Both the position numbers and the translations under genes were made by a program. 64,000 nucleotides of DNA, taken from assembly GCF_018977255.1 (NCBI RefSeq), contig NW_024704747.1, positions 21,762,001 to 21,826,000 of the forward strand, in the 5' to 3' direction. Under the pieces are notes generated by a model. That model made no database searches. It was not told the origin of the DNA and worked only from the letters and a program-made list of their open reading frames with translations. How positions within the stretch are numbered: position 1 is the stretch's first letter; each line of letters begins with the position of its first letter. This document shows positions 35,593 to 48,197 of the stretch, in pieces. Origin of the DNA: Callorhinchus milii. Taxonomy: Eukaryota.

Positions 35593-36323
35593 CTGCTAAT
35601 TTTGTAAAGAATTCCACAAAGTCAAGATACTCGGTATTCCCTGTACACCCAACAAAGATGGCAATTAAAAATTACAACAAATCCTAACCTTTAAAAGTGT
35701 GTTTCTCTTTCCCAGCGCCTGCTTTTAAAACAATATCCTTCATACCTGTAGTGCTGCATTAGCCCCAGGTTATTGCAATGATTCTTATCTCATCTGGCAG
35801 CTTATTCTTCACTGGTGACACAACATTGGAGCCTGTAGAAAACTATTGAATTAAGACAACCATTTTAAACGCGTTGCTTACTTTGTTTTATTAGGTTTGC
35901 TTTTTCATTGGGAACGCATAGTGTTACATGGGGTCACGCATTGAGCTCTTGTAATACTTTCAATCCATTTGCGGGGAATCTCAGACTGAATTGTAGTCAC
36001 AGGCCACATGAAAGGTCACTTAAAGATGCAATCTTTCTTATCTGAGTCACCAATGGAAGGGAAGGAATCACTTTGTCTCTATTTAAGGAAAATAAACCGT
36101 TCACCTTTGCTGGCCATGCTTTGGGTTGTGCCAAACAGAATTATAGATCCCAGGAAATCTACTAATTTTGTAAAGAATTCCACAAAGACAAGAGATTTAC
36201 TATTCCCTGTGCATTCACCAAAGATGGCAATTAAATAATTAAAACAAATCCTGACCTTTAAAGAGGCTTTGCTGTTTCCCAGCACCTGCTATCAAAACAA
36301 TATTCTTGATACCTGCAGTGCTT
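35593..36323. repeat. Local diverged direct duplication of about 165 bp (35593-35755 and 36159-36323)
   Basis: Both read CTAATTTTGTAAAGAATTCCACAAAG...AAAGATGGCAATTAAA...ACAAATCCT.ACCTTTAAA...TTTCCCAGC.CCTGCT...AAAACAATAT...ATACCTG.AGTGCT. Confidence 0.9.
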
Positions 36324-36324
36324 T

Positions 36325-36452
36325 CAGATCACGCCTTAAGACTTTCCTCTTCAACTATGCTTACGGTCATCTCCCCTCTTCCCCAACACTTTAAGCGCTC
36401 TGAGACGCTACCCTACGTGAAGGGCGTTATATAAATGCAAAGAGGTTGTTAT
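36325..36452 (+). mobile_element. L2 3' tip (older subfamily)
   Basis: AGCGCTCTGAGACGCTACCCTACGTGAAGGGCGTT stem-loop, same variant as 15441-15475. Confidence 0.8.
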
Positions 36453-38489
36453 TGTAAAAGGAAATTGAGGCATGGTTGAAAGGCTCTATAGATTTATAGA
36501 GCTCTATAGGCTCTATTTATGGTATTGATGCATTTCTTCTTCATTGAAAAGATGGTGCTCGTTTCAACAGAGCAAGCCAGACAAGAAGGAACCAGTAAAA
36601 CAAATGTTTTTAAGACAAATAAAGAAATAAAAGCATTTACTTTTGTTCTGGTGACTTAAGTAATTGCTTTTATTTCTTAGTCTACTTGGTCTACCAATTT
36701 CTTTGACAATGAAAAACTACCAGCTCCTTCCAAAAGGGGAATTAGGTCCATTCTGCCTGATCCTATGGATGTTATAGATCCCGTGACACAATTTGAAAAG
36801 AGAAGGGAGTTTCTCCTTGGCCAACAACCCTCCAGATAAAATTGGTTAGTTACTTCATCGCTTTTTGTAGGACTTTACTGTGCTTACTTTGGCTGTTGTG
36901 TTAGCCGGCAAATATGCAGTCACTACACTGTACAGCAAATCCTACGGAGGTCTTTGAGTCCTTCCGAGAATGTGATGAAGCTCCTTAGAAAATGTGAGGA
37001 TTATTTACCTTCTTGAAAAAGTATTAGACTTTGGGGCGGGATGGCTAGTTTCTGTGCTGCGAGATTCTATAATTCTATGCACAAACGTACCTGGATGAGA
37101 GGAGAAATCAGAATTAGGTTATTTTTGAATCATTTGCTGTGGAAATGCGGCTTGATTGCAGCTGGATCTTGATCATAGCAATCTTTTGGAAGTGGGTCAC
37201 TGCAAGTTAGGATTCACATGCCTTTTATGAAACTTTGTTGATTTGCAAATAGCCACTTAGTACGGGAATCAAATCATCAGAGCCTCAAGGGCTGCTAACT
37301 CCTCAAAAAGGTTATAACATGCCATATTGCATGTTTAGTGACTTCTGATGGAGCAAGCCTTTGTTATTACAACCAGAGTTAGAGAGAGAAGAGAAAGATA
37401 GAAGAGAGAGAAGAGAGGAGAGAGAGAGAGGAAAGAGAGGTTTTAGCTGGATACAGGATTGCCCCATGTTACACACCACAGGTGCATGTAATGTTCGCAG
37501 CATTTATTTACTGCTTTAGGTACTCTTGGAAGTCCTGGGGGAGATATTCCTGAAACTAATCATTTATGAAAGCCCTTCTGTGTGCCCCAGATATCCCAGT
37601 TTTGATAGTTATATAGGTTATTACATTGGATATTAGATAGGTTACTCTATAGTTTATTATGTAGGTTTTCCCAAGGACAACAAAGTGGCAATCTCAACTC
37701 GGTCATCAATCTTTTCCAAATTGCAAACCTTGCTGATGTTCTGGTATTTATATAAATGTGGGTCTCAGAGTAGCTGCTTACGAAAGCACCTGCCAAAATG
37801 GTGAGCTCTTCATTTCCATAAAAACACAAGTAGCCTTTGATGTCAAGTGCCTTATCACCGATATAGTCGATAATTTCTCACCCCTGGTTCAATAACACAG
37901 GAGATTACACAGAGCATTTGATGGATTACTAGGTAAGGTTGATGCCGTCGATCGCTATGGTCATTGTAAAATCTTGACCTGTGAGCGGGTGGACTGAGCT
38001 CTCTGTCGGTTCTGTTGGATGAGCTCTGTGCTACACTGATATTCCTGGATCCTCAAGCTGCAAACTGGGTTTTCAAAATCAACAACGCTCAGAAGGTTCA
38101 GAGGAATGGCCGGAAGTCCTCAAGGGTGAAATCACCTGGTTTTAGATGCCAGCAGCTCCTGTTGGATTTGAGCTGATAGCACGGAACAAATTCATTCTGG
38201 AGAAGACACTCGAGGGAAGAACTCTGTTCCTGTTCAGCCCTGTCCTTCTGGCTGCTGGTTTGTGTGCCAAATGGTGCTGCTGCCCATCTGCCATAAATGC
38301 TCTTGCTACTTCATCAAAAGGACAAGAGGAGGTATGGGAAACTCTTCATCAACTGTAACGCTATTGAACTAAAGAGTCCCTCTGTGATTTGACCATATTA
38401 AACACTTACAGCAAGGCAACATTAAAACATGATTTACCTGCCCTACATTATCCTTTCATGCTGTAATTCTGGAACCACATAATCTAAAT

Positions 38490-39150
38490 TTGGAGCAGAG
38501 TTCCTTTAGATTGACATAATATGCGTGATTCACTTCCATTCACTGAAAGAAATCTCCACTCAGCTTTCTTATGAATCCATCCTGCTAGATCTCGCCACAT
38601 ATTTATACTCCTTGGGGAGGGGAGTAAGTGAAATAAGACTCTTTTGAGCTGAGCTGATTGCACGCTGACATGTTTGGCCACGGAAAGTCCGAATCAAATC
38701 AACTATCTGTGGCAGACTTGATTGTCTGGTTCCTGAGCTTGGCAAGTCTGTAGTACTTTGGGCCGATGCTGATAACAGACCAGCCACTGGAGTTCGAGAG
38801 GCAGAGACTGGTCAATAGAACCAAGAATTCTTCTCATTCAGCTCCTGTAAAAAAGCCAAAGCCCTAAAGGGTGGGGTGCTTCCAGCTGTACCAGCAGAGT
38901 GAAGATTGACACACAAGTCTTTCAGCGGCAAGCTATGGAGCTTTAGCTGGTTAAACTCCAGCAGTACCCAAATGCACACTTCACCAACCTGCACCTCATG
39001 CTTTTTGGAATTAGGTAATTTGGTATTCCATTCTAGAAACAGGAACATTTCTCTATGAAAGTGACATACATATGTGGAACTCTGTCTGTTTTGGATATGG
39101 TAACAGGTTTCCAGGTGTGACAGACACTCGGCTGACCATAAAACAAAAAG
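38490..39150. repeat. Unclassified ancient interspersed repeat, copy 3 of 4 (longest)
   Basis: TTGGAGCAGAGTTCC...CATTCAGCTCCTGT...GGCAAGCTATGGAGCTTTAGCTGGTTAAACTCCAGCAGTACCC...CAGACACTCGGCTGACCATAAAACAAAA. Confidence 0.75.
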
Positions 39151-40439
39151 CACAGCATATTAGAGCCCAGTGAATGCCATGTGATCTCTTTCCTCTGATC
39201 ACAGATGACCAAAGGGTTGTACCTCATACTCTCTTCTCTGTTATTCTTTATTTGCCATTTTGCTGAAATTTGGATTACATTCCTGCATTACATCATTTAG
39301 ACAATAGTAGCTTAATTTGCATGCTACTGCTATGATCCTTATCGTGTAATGTCTTTGTTGATTTCCCCCTTCCCTTTGCCCGGCAAAAATAGTGAATCAC
39401 GATACTAAAATTCCACAGAAGCTTGTCTGCAGAGCAAAAATTATCTTTGTGGGAAAATTACCAAACATTGTTAAATGTTAGTGCAAAAAAAAATCTTCAG
39501 TGAGGTCATGTACAGCCACTTCAATTATACACAACAGCTGTTTTTCTATTCATATCGACCTTTTGCTTATAACATGGTTACACTGTGATTAGGGAAAAGG
39601 AAACACCTAGCAGCCAAATGTGAAGCTTGAAAAACAAAGGATAAAACCATTGCCAAGTACACAATTAGGGTGATGACAAATGAATATTTTCTGGAAAAAG
39701 GAAAATTCAAGCCCTGTGACATTTCTACGCTACTTTGCTGTACACGAGAGGCAGAGAATGCATATTTTAAACATGTTAATATAACAACTAAATGTCAGCC
39801 TGGCTCATTTGGTAGCACTATCACCTTCAGAGTCAAGTTTGGGTTCAAGTCTCATGTCTGGACTTTAATTTGAAAAATTCCTTTGTGAAATACTGTAATA
39901 TTTACCCCACTGTAAATTGGATCAAACGTACAAATCGTAATGATTGTAATAATATTAATAATAATCCTTGCAATTTGATATAATGCCTTTCATGTTGCGA
40001 GGATTCTCAAAGCACACCACAGGAATTATTCTAAAGTGTTTTGAAAGTAAAGTATATTTTCTAAATAAATCATATGCTACAGCTAAGCTTTAATAGCTGC
40101 CACATAGTAGGAGGTCTTTATTCCTTATTTTGGGTTACTCTTAAATCTGAATCCCTTGTGCTCTACACTGGTTATAAAGACTTGTTTACGTTAGTTTCAT
40201 AGATATCCAATAGAAACGACACCAAATATTGTCCTCAGTAGTGCACACATTATCCCAGTGCGTCTTGTTTACTTTGATGCCCAAGAGTATGCAGAGTTAT
40301 CTTGGGAGAATACTGATCAGGCAATACATCCTACTCTTTGCGATAAAGATCCGTACAATCTACCAGCAGAGGCTTTGGTTCAATACCTGAACACTCATAT
40401 CAGACATTAGCTCAAGCCTTTCAGTGAATATAGAGCTTT

Positions 40440-40830
40440 CATAATTCTAACAGCAGAGAAGGGATCTCAGTGGGATCTAACATTTCCCGATCTCTAAACA
40501 TTTCTGGTAAACTTCGAAGGTGGGATTTCACCTCCAGAGCTATTTCATCATTTAACTCAATTTCCTGAATACATTTACAAGGAAAGGCTTTCAATGATGC
40601 AAGTTTTTGCGTACAGATTTCAACTAAGAGTCTAATTAGCAGCAACTGGAAGGAAGCAACTGGAAACATTTTTCATCATCTTCAAAAAAGCAGTAAAGGT
40701 CCTCACAGTGTAGAGCTCCAGATTTGATCTTACAGAGATCCACAGCTGAAACTGACATGCTCTGATCCCTGGAGAGTAAAGTGTAGCAGAGCAATTTACC
40801 CATAGACAAGAATATAAATCATAATCTCTG
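40440..40830 (-). pseudogene. Possible decayed hAT (Charlie/Buster-like) transposase fragment
   Basis: Frameshifted segments GKL, HFTLQG, SVSAVDLCKIK, LELY, MFP, VKSHLRSLPEMF occur in the order expected for hAT (LNLSLQG...DKIKAF..KLELW...MFP...HL.SL...F). Confidence 0.35.
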
Positions 40831-41749
40831 CTGACAACTCTCCCTATTGTATTTGTAATTAAAGTAAACAAAAATTATTATTAAAACTAGCAGCTTGACA
40901 CACTTCCCTGTAATTTTCTTTTTCTAAAAATAAAAGCCGGGAGGACGTCTTAAAGTGCTTCACAGGATTTACTGCAAAGTGCAGCAATTATGTACTTTAT
41001 AGGTGAATGAGGCAGTCAATTTGCACCCTGCACTGTTCCACAAACACCTATGAAGTACATGATATTCTCTATCGGAATCGGTCGAAGCAAGTGCATCAGT
41101 AAAGTATTCTGTTTTCATTTCATTTCAATTCTGTATCAGCGGAGAACAAAATGAACAGATAAGAGCCACATTATTAAATAAATTTGGTATTTTGGACCAA
41201 ACACACCCCAGCAAATGAACACTTCAAATGAACCTTCAATGTCATAGCAGACATTGGTTTGCGCTGTCACATTATGGAATCTACTGGACAAGGAATTGCA
41301 ATTTCCACCCAAAGTCTAGAGAAAAAAACTTGGGAGCAAAATAGGCAACCACTGCAATTTGGGAAAAGTCATACTTTTTTTTACTCAGAAAATAATTCAT
41401 GAATGGACCAAGTTGCCTGGTTCAGGCTAGGACCCTGGGACTCATTTTAAGAGCAGTTTGATGCTGTGATGGGGGGACGGTAGGGTGGGTGTTCTGGAAG
41501 GATGCGATCAGATGGGCCAAAGGGTCTTCCTCATCCAAACCAATCTTGTGATATTTTAATCAACTAACTCAATATTTACCAATTTAGGATGTGTGCAGTG
41601 TGATCCACAGCTGATGGTTTTAAGTGTGAAGAAGTTATTCCTGAAGATCAGCTGTGATTTTATTTTAAAAGCTTTCACAACATGAATATTGTAATGTCTG
41701 CTAACAAGTATCCCTGGTATATTTATAATACAAGTGTTTGTAATAATAG

Positions 41750-42020
41750 TGTGTCAGCCTGGCTCACTCTCGTCTTTGAATCTGAAGGTTGTGGGTTCAA
41801 GCCCCAGATCGAGACTTTGAGCTCGCAGTCGAGGCTGACATTTCAGTGTAGTGCTGGGGGAGCACTGGATTATTGTTGGTGATGTCCTTCAGATGAGACA
41901 ATAAACCAAGGTTTTTCACTGACACTCACAAACTTGACTCCTGGCTATCGAAGCACTTTAAGACGTCTCAAAAATGTGATAAGGCTCTATATTCAAATGC
42001 AGGGATTATTATTATTATAT
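41750..42020 (+). mobile_element. tRNA-head SINE with internal deletion
   Basis: TCAGCCTGGCTCA...GGTTGTGGGTTCAAGCCCC...GGCTGACATTTCAGTG, with an L2-type tail and (ATT)n. Confidence 0.75.
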
Positions 42021-42929
42021 ATTGCATCAGAGACACATTGCCAGGGATTGGAGTGACTTATGTCACTCCTTAGCTTCATTCAGGCATTGCTATTTACTTT
42101 TCCAAATACCCCATTTAAGACTCTGTCCTCCTTTTGCACAAACAATCTTTCCCTTGCCAGCTTATTGATGTTTACTGATATCACTGAACACAACAGCTTG
42201 CATTTATATAGCGCCCGCCACATCGGGCGGCATTTTATCTATTATAACAGGTACTGATTCGACTTCCTTACTGATTTCCAATTGTGCTTTCATTTCAGGA
42301 CTTGTACGAACTTCATACTGGAAAGGGTTAAGCAAACAGCCTTACTGTTAGAGAAAATAAGCAAATGGCAGTCTGCATATGAATGCCAGACTACTTTATA
42401 TGCAGATTTTAAGTAATTTTGAGCTGTCGTTCTTGACTAGGTGCTACATTTTGACAAAGTGTGTTCAAGGACTTGAACTGATATCATGTCTTACCCAATT
42501 AATGTGTCCATGTTGGATTTTCATTAGAACGCCTTATTGTAGGTTCAGTGCACAGTGCTAATGGTGTTGTTCCCTACTTCTCATGCCAGCTTTGGTATTA
42601 GCCCCTCGCACATAAATAGCAGCTGTACATTTTTTTTCTATCTGCACAAGAAGCAAATTGCTACCAGCAAATAATGTATTCTAATTTTGCTTTGCAGCAA
42701 GTGTAATCAAGGCTGAATAATTAAAACTAGCTGCAAATGCTTTCACTATTAAAATCAGAGCAAAACTATTTACTCAGATTTGTTGCATAAATAACACAGC
42801 ACAATATTTATTCGTTTTCACCACACATTGCATGGCTTAATGACAGAATTGCAAATGATAGAATTAATGAAAGCAATAAGGCTTGAGAATTTTTCTGCCC
42901 TGGTAGCCCACCTCAACAGAAGATAATTA

Positions 42930-43105
42930 GTGGCTGGAATGGAAGGATGATAGAGGCAAAGTTGCTGAGCTCATGTAAGAAACAGCTTGATATAAGAAAC
43001 AGCTTGATTCTGTGATAGGAAGACAGTAGGGTGGGTAATGTGGAAGGATGAGATCAAATGGGTCAAAGGACCTTTTTCATCTCTACCTCTCTTGTGATCT
43101 TGTGA
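42930..43105 (+). mobile_element. CR1 3' tail (similar tails at about 41400-41550, 46590-46745, 54560-55025 on + and 57430-57590, 61060-61230 on -)
   Basis: Shared AAACAGCTTGAT...GGAAGGATGAGATCAAATGGGTCAAAGG.CCTTTTCATC motif, also seen at 12060-12140. Confidence 0.7.
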
Positions 43106-43304
43106 AACGAAAGCTTGTTGACTTAAACCTTCCTCACAGTTCGAGGTCAGTCAGTGAACTGGACTGAAATCAGAACTAATGTGAAACAGTGGTGTTTCCA
43201 GACAACATCTAAATTTTTCTTTACACTTTTTAATCTTTACTCACTGATAGTTTATGGTCAAGTTTCGATTGGCACATCGCTTTTCTGGGGGTAATAATTC
43301 CTTA

Positions 43305-43487
43305 AAAAAAATCGGTCACTCACCCCGTGGCTGTTTGTGGGACACTGTTGTGTGCAATTGGCTACCGCATTTCGTTCACAAAATACACAGTCAATCCTCT
43401 TTTCAGTATATTCTGTGAAGCGCTTTGAGACGTCTCAATAACGCAACAAGGCACTATATCAAATGCAAGGAATATTATTATTATTAA
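43305..43487 (+). mobile_element. Deu SINE 3' half
   Basis: GGCTGTTTGTGGGACACTGTTGTGTGCAATTGG...AGCGCTTTGAGACGTCTC...TATCAAATGCAAGG(ATT)n. Confidence 0.85.
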
Positions 43488-43874
43488 ACACAAGTTTTAC
43501 TTCTCACTTTACTATCTTTCCTTAAATAGACTAATTGCTTTGAAATCGCTTTGATTGGCCCAGTCAGTCTTTCAGTTCTCTTTCAAAGCACTGGAACCCA
43601 ATGGACAGTCAGGTAAAATAATCCCATTATAGCGTTAACATTGAAAAGACTTCCTCTGTTTTTAATGAGTCTGCTGGTTCCTCCTCCTCTCTGTGAAGGT
43701 GCCAGCTCTTCACTAAAGATACTGTCACACATCCCAATGGCTTTAAATCAGCTCCCAAAATAAATAATATGCATAAGGAGAAAAATACCTCAAAGTAGTT
43801 TTAGTGTATCACTGTAGAGAATTGTGACTAATACGCTATATTACTTAATGGGATTCATTCCTCCTGTCGATTTG

Positions 43875-44316
43875 CATTGGAGCAGAGTTCCCGTGGGTTG
43901 GCATGACTAGGATTCCTGTTTAGGTCATTATTTGTGAGTAGGAAGAATCCTTGGAGGCAGATAGTCTTATCATTCAGCTCCTGTTAACCCTGCAAGCCAA
44001 AGTCCTAATAGGTGGTCGTAGATGGAGAAGCAGTGGGAAGGTTGTCGGACAGCACTCTCAATGGCAAGCCATGCAGTTTTAGCTGGTTAAACTGGCAGTA
44101 CCCCAACACACACTCGAGGGTCCCCAAGCCTGTGTTCTTGCTAACCTGTGTACAACCTTCTCCGGAAAGTAGGTTTCCAGAGAGAGGGTGCACATTCCGT
44201 TCCAGATGCAGGGAAGTTTCCATGCATAATTGGCACACATATGTGGAATTCTTATGTTGGTTTTGATGCTCTAAAGTATGGCGATGTGTTTCTGCACCCA
44301 GCTGATTCAAAACAAT
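43875..44316. repeat. Unclassified ancient interspersed repeat, copy 4 of 4
   Basis: Collinear with 38490-39150 (TTGGAGCAGAGTTCC; CATTCAGCTCCTGT; GGCAAGCCATGCAGTTTTAGCTGGTTAAACT; CACATATGTGGAA). Confidence 0.75.
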
Positions 44317-45686
44317 CACTGTTTGCCTGACTCCTTATTAAGAAATCTCATTAAGAAATATCAAATTAGATCCCATCATTGGAAAGGTAATAATAGTGAC
44401 TTGCATTAAACAGTTTGTGGGTTGGGACAACTTCTGTTCCCATGGAATACTGCAGGGAACAGATCTGGAGGCTCAGAAAACTGCACATTATTATCTCTGT
44501 CAACTTATAAATATGGCAGTACATCCTGTTTAATGTACAGTTTAAATATTATTCTTACATTTCCGTAGGGTCTCCATTTTATTTGCTGGAACTTTTGTTT
44601 GCTTAACTTCCTTGCCTTGCTAGCTGTTGGCAACTGGCCATCGATTGATGTGTTTCATTCTAAAATTCTGCAGTTTGTTTATTGTTAACAGCAGAATTTC
44701 AGACTGCAGTGTTTCAGTGGTAGTGCCTGGGCTGGTCCCAGCAGGAGTGACAATGAGGGACTGTACTTTTTAAGTATCACACTGTGTTAATGAACCATTT
44801 GGGGACTGCGGCAAGATAAAAACAAAAATAAAAACAAGCCTCGCTTACTTTGGGATGCACCAAGACAGTAGAACAAGAGGACATAATAATCCTTGCATTT
44901 TGTACAGCTCCTCTCAAGTCACAAGGCCGTCTCAAAGCACTTCACAGGATTGACTGTGAAGTTGAGTGACCGTGTACTTTGAAGCCTAACATAGCAGCCA
45001 ATATGTGCAATATCACATTTTGGTGTTTATGGTTTGGGCAGTGAATTAGACATAATATCTACTCGGCTAAGACCATTAAACTGCAGAAATAGCAGCACTT
45101 TATCGCTGTAGGTCAGACACAAATCTGTCAAGAACATTATGATTTCCTCTCTTAACATCCACTAGCTCAGCCACTCTGCTGGCACCTGTAACTGAAGAAT
45201 TACAACTTGCCTTGATAGTGACCGAATAACAGTCAGTCATTGTAAATGGCTCCTCAACTTCCCTCTTCCGAAAATAATTACTTCTGTCTAAACTCCAATC
45301 TATGGATATCTGCAGACAGTCTCCAAGGTTGCTGCAACAGATAGAGTTTGTTTCCTTTCTCCTCCCCCCCACGTCCCCCACACAAACTTTCTCGTAGGAC
45401 TTCTGAGCGGTTTCATCATTTGGTAAGATTAGTTTGGTTCCGAATAGCACACCTGTTACATGAGTCCATCATTATATCATAATTGATAGAAAAACAACAT
45501 TTAATCACCAGTTACTGTAAAACCTTGTGGCATTTACATGAATAGAGCAGTGGTGGGTGGGAGAAGGGAATAGGAATGAAAGATCAGAGTTAGAGTAAAG
45601 AGGCGTTTTTTGCTGGCAGCTCGTGTGGTGTTGGTTTATTTGGCAAGCTGCAATATTCCGAAGGCAGACGAACAGCAGAAATGTTT

Positions 45687-46240
45687 GAGGGAAAAAATTC
45701 CACCTGGGTCCAGCTTTATTCTCTCGATCCAGCATTTTAGAACACCCAGAATTTGGCAAACTCTTAAATACAGCCTCAATTTTTATGCTATTTTTTCTGT
45801 AAGTTCCTTTAAGTACCGCAGAAAACTGATCTGAAACTTAAGATGAAAATTCAACAATTTATGTCAGGAGGATGTTTCAAAGCCTTTTATGAAGCGGGCT
45901 AGGCGCCCTGACTGGGAAAAGGGTGAGAGCCGAAGAGGGTGTTGGTGCATGTGTGTGTGTGTGTGGAAGATGACCAATAGCATGGTGAAAGAGATGCCGT
46001 GATGCGCTTTGAAAGTGGGGAAAGAGAGGAATGAATCAAAGGGACTCCGGGATGGCGTTCCAGAGGGTGGGGGGGGTTAGAAATGGCTGAAAGCTTGCGT
46101 GCTAATGGAGGAACAAGTAGGCAGGGGGACATGAAGCAGGCTAGTGTTCACTGAGAGGAAGGAGTGACTGATCAAATTCTGGACATTCTGTAATGCTGCA
46201 TAAACGGAGTTAACCTGGATCCTGGTGGAGTTTCACTCCA
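45687..46240. mobile_element. Palindromic MITE split by an L2 fragment (45860-46168, - strand)
   Basis: Left arm AAATTCCACCTGGGTCCAG...CCAGAATTTG and right arm AAATTCTGGAC...CCTGGATCCTGGTGGAGTTT match 47949-48197. The middle is L2 C-terminus/3' UTR-like. Confidence 0.7.
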
Positions 46241-47574
46241 CTTTGGAAGCAGCAGTTGTCGGAATTATCAGCCCTGCAAGGGCTTTGTACAACAGGTATG
46301 GACGAAAAAGCTATTTTCTTCACTGTGAGCAATTTGCATTTTGATCATTTGCGCTACACAATGGTATCTCAGTGTGAAAATATAGATGACAGTGTTTTCA
46401 CTTTGTTCACACTCATAATTGGATGGAAGCAGTGTTCTGCAGTCTTTCAGTTTTTCTGCGAAAGCAGCTACTGCTGCAAACACACAGCAATTTCTGATTC
46501 CAGAGATGTTTTTGGAATTTTATAGCCAAGCAAAGTAACCCTGAAGGCTTGATTCTCAAATCAATTGGGATTAAATATCTTGATCTCTCGTGTTCCTTAC
46601 AAGTGGTTCCACTCTGCTATAAGTATGCGTGAGGCCAGGACAGTGCTTGATGCTGCGATGGGAGAACAAAGAGGTGGGTATTTCTGGAAGGCTGAGACTA
46701 GATGGGTCAAAGGGCCTTCTTCATCAGAAATAATCTTGTGATGCTGAGAATAAAAATTGCTGGAAATGGGCCAAAAAATCAATCAGCTCCCGAGGGAGAA
46801 AACTAAATTAACGTTTTCAGTGTGACCCTTCTCAGTGTTCTAGACGCCCCAAATTCCACCCAGTCTTAGCGTTTGGGATGGCTTTGTCTAATTATGGAAG
46901 AAAACTCAGTGATAATTGTGGAAAATTCTTAAATTCACTCAATTTGGAAACCAGTTTTCTGCACTTCTCAAAAAAAGACTGATTTAAGAATGTTTAACAA
47001 TCCTGGACAAAATGAACTTACAAGCTGGGACTAAACAAAGTTTTGGCCTACATACATTAACGATGTTCTGTATTTTCAGGTGCTAATTGAACTGCTTAGC
47101 TTCTGCATTTTCTGCCTGTGTTTCAGATCTCCAAGATTCACCTTTTTTCCTTTTGATCAGAGACTTACCAAATCCTCCTTTAGCTTTCAAAGCTGAGGAT
47201 CATCCTTTAATGCTCAACGTGTTACATGGTCACTGAATAAAAGGTCACTTGCTTTACAACCATTCCTTCATCGAGCAGACTTTGAGAAGGACTCAATTCT
47301 TAAACAGCTAATGCTACATTTGGCTTGTGGATGTCATAAGAGGCAATTCAAAGAGAGCCAGTGTCCTGAGACTGCTGGTGCCAGGAAACCTTGTTTTCAT
47401 CCTTGAGAGCTTTGCAGGGTACAATTCCAGGCACTTGTAACAACATGGAAATAACTGTGCATATGCAGTAACTTGTTAAGCCTGGCTATGGACCAGTGTC
47501 TGGAGGAGGTGTGGCAGCAATCCACATCAGATCTGTTAGCCTGACCCTGGTTAGAAAATGTGAGGTCACCACAA

Positions 47575-47735
47575 ATACAAAACAATATAATACAAAAGTA
47601 CACTTGTATAGCACCTTTCAGGTCGGGAGGATGTCCCAAGGCGCTGGACGGTCAGGGATTTGGACCCGAGCAGGGTGGGGGGGTGGTGGGTGTGTTGGGA
47701 TAAGGAAAGGTGGAGGGCAGTGAGGGAAGGGGCCC
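47575..47735 (-). mobile_element. L2 3' tip
   Basis: TATAGCACCTTTCAGGTCGGGAGGATGTCCCAAGGCGCTG...GACCCGAGCAGGG, similar to 2018-2090. Confidence 0.8.
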
Positions 47736-47948
47736 TAAATGCAGTGCCCTAACCTAAATGAAATGCAAGTGCATATTGGATCCCAAATTCTGCTGTAAGA
47801 CCACTTTGAAGACCGTAGAGCATTGACATTGCAGCTGGCACATCTAACACAATACCGGTATTTTTCCAATGCGATTCTTTCATTTGATATTTTACATTTT
47901 GGTCATCTTAAAGTAAAAAGAATACAGTGTGGTGCCAGACACAAAAAT

Positions 47949-48197
47949 GGGGGAGAAATTCCACCTGGATCTAGATTTACTCTATTCTCTTATCAATTCA
48001 GAGTGTCCAGAAATTGGCAAATTGTTGAATTCAGTCTTATCTTTGAAGTTGTATTTTTGGAAAAAAAATCTTATAAGGATTTACAAAAAAATGCTTAAGA
48101 ACTGTTCGAGACTGTGTTCAACAATTTGCCAAATTCTGAACTTTCCGAATTGCTACATAAATGGAGTCAACCTGGAAGCCAGTTGGATTTCCTCCCC
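47949..48197. mobile_element. Palindromic MITE (about 250 bp; Harbinger-like GGGG-AAATT termini)
   Basis: GGGGGAGAAATTCCACCTGG ... CCAGTTGGATTTCCTCCCC, with internal arms CAGAAATTGGCAAATTGTTGAA / TTCAACAATTTGCCAAATTCTG. Confidence 0.75.

Noticed and set aside
37381-37440. AG-rich purine tract
   Set aside because: An ordinary degenerate microsatellite.
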